Assembly (NCBI GenBank): GCA_026023565.1
Contig: JAPETS010000053.1
Location: forward strand, 62,001 to 126,000
Reading direction: 5' to 3'
Source: Cirrosporium novae-zelandiae
Lineage: Eukaryota
Length of the DNA: 64,000 nt
In this document: one piece after another, positions 62,981 to 64,000 of the stretch
How the letters are laid out: each line of letters opens with the position of its first letter
Position numbering within the stretch: the stretch's first letter is position 1
Position numbers and translations under genes: made by a program
Notes under the pieces: model-generated
What the model was told of the DNA's origin: nothing
Databases searched by the model: none
What the model saw: only the letters and a program-made list of their open reading frames with translations

Positions 62981-64000
62981 TCACCGTCTTCCCCAGATCT
63001 TCCAGCCTCCCTTCTTATCCTTCTGCCTCTCGGCCTCATAATTTTCTTCTTCGACGTGGTGCTTGCCAACGATAGTCAAGAAGACTTGGTCTAACGTCGT
63101 TTGGGCTACCGAATAGTACGCCAGATCCAGGGAATCCTTGTTGTTCTCAAGCAAAGTAAAGAGGGATGCTATGGTAAGGGGTTTCGTGTTGGAGGGTTCG
63201 GAGACCTCTGCAGAAGCCTTGGTATCATTTTCATTATCCTCTACCGAGATTGTGGTAGACGAAATGTCTTTTGTTTTATAGTTGGGTGGGGGGTTCTCTC
63301 CTGCAGGTACGAGGTGATGTGCAGGTACACTGAACCTCATTTGTCCATGCCATGTCTTTTCTTCAACAACTGCACTAGGGAAGTGGTCAATAACCCAGGC
63401 CCGTATCCGTTCCATCTCTTCTTTGTCGGTATGTGGTGCGGTTCGAGTGACGATTTGCACGTGGTAGGTATTCCCATGTTTCTGCCTGAGGTATTCACTG
63501 CTGCCCAAGGCCAACATTCTCCCAGCAATGATGCCTACTCTGTTCGCCAGGGCATCCGCCTCCTCCATCGAATGTGTGGTTAGTACCAGAGAACGGCCGG
63601 GAGCTACAGATGCGAGGGTTTTCCACATTACACGTTTCGAAGCGGCATCCATACCCGAAGACGGTTCGTCGAGGAGGAGAACTGAAGGGTTACCCATGAG
63701 TGCGATGCCCAAAGACAATTTCCGTTTGTTGCCTCCGGACAGTTTTGCGGCCATGCGGTTAGAGAGTGTCTGCAGGCCCACGGCGCGGATGACTTCCTGA
63801 ACATTATGTTCCACATTAGGCACGCCCCGGATTCGAGCATAGAAGCGCAAGTGTTCCAGCACGGTCATTTGATCAATGGCGTCAAATTGTGGGCATACGC
63901 CAAGATGGGCCCTGGCGGCTGCGCGATCCCTATTCATAGCGACATTCTCAACAAAGACCTCGCCGCTACGAGGTTTTATATCACCTCGAATGATACTAAT
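62981..64000 (-). CDS. ABCA-subfamily ABC transporter, C-terminal NBD (5' part outside window)
   Basis: GVCPQFDA, signature LSGGNKRKLSL, Walker B LLLDEPSSGMD, TTHSMEEADAL, YSVAQTTLDQVFL. Confidence 0.93.
   Translation of the reverse strand: MSIIRGDIKPRSGEVFVENVAMNRDRAAARAHLGVCPQFDAIDQMTVLEHLRFYARIRGVPNVEHNVQEVIRAVGLQTLSNRMAAKLSGGNKRKLSLGIALMGNPSVLLLDEPSSGMDAASKRVMWKTLASVAPGRSLVLTTHSMEEADALANRVGIIAGRMLALGSSEYLRQKHGNTYHVQIVTRTAPHTDKEEMERIRAWVIDHFPSAVVEEKTWHGQMRFSVPAHHLVPAGENPPPNYKTKDISSTTISVEDNENDTKASAEVSEPSNTKPLTIASLFTLLENNKDSLDLAYYSVAQTTLDQVFLTIVGKHHVEEENYEAERQKDKKGGWKIWGRR

Overview
Intron-rich genomic DNA from a filamentous ascomycete (Pezizomycotina-type GTRAGT/CTRAC/YAG introns, AT-rich microsatellite-laden intergenic DNA). 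About 22 protein-coding genes can be assembled by hand. In order: SDR, PIN3/LSB1-like SH3 protein, MFS sugar porter, CnjB-like zinc-knuckle protein, Zn2Cys6 regulator, CorA-like protein, HET-like protein, complex I 17.8-kDa subunit, Pta1, Dep1-like, Nop12, GPI wall protein, SET-MYND, aquaporin, DUF6590-like, a hypothetical protein, Coq9, Mtf2-like, Cmr1, Pep4, a stand-alone shikimate/quinate dehydrogenase, and the 3' end of an ABCA transporter. The most notable feature is a QutA/qa-1F-like activator that a predicted short in-frame intron joins to a QutR/qa-1S-like shikimate-dehydrogenase domain, giving a candidate one-polypeptide sensor-regulator. The first 3 kb also holds two families of degenerate repeats with tRNA/Pol III-like features. 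All family assignments come from recalled motifs, not database searches, and splice boundaries are manual predictions.
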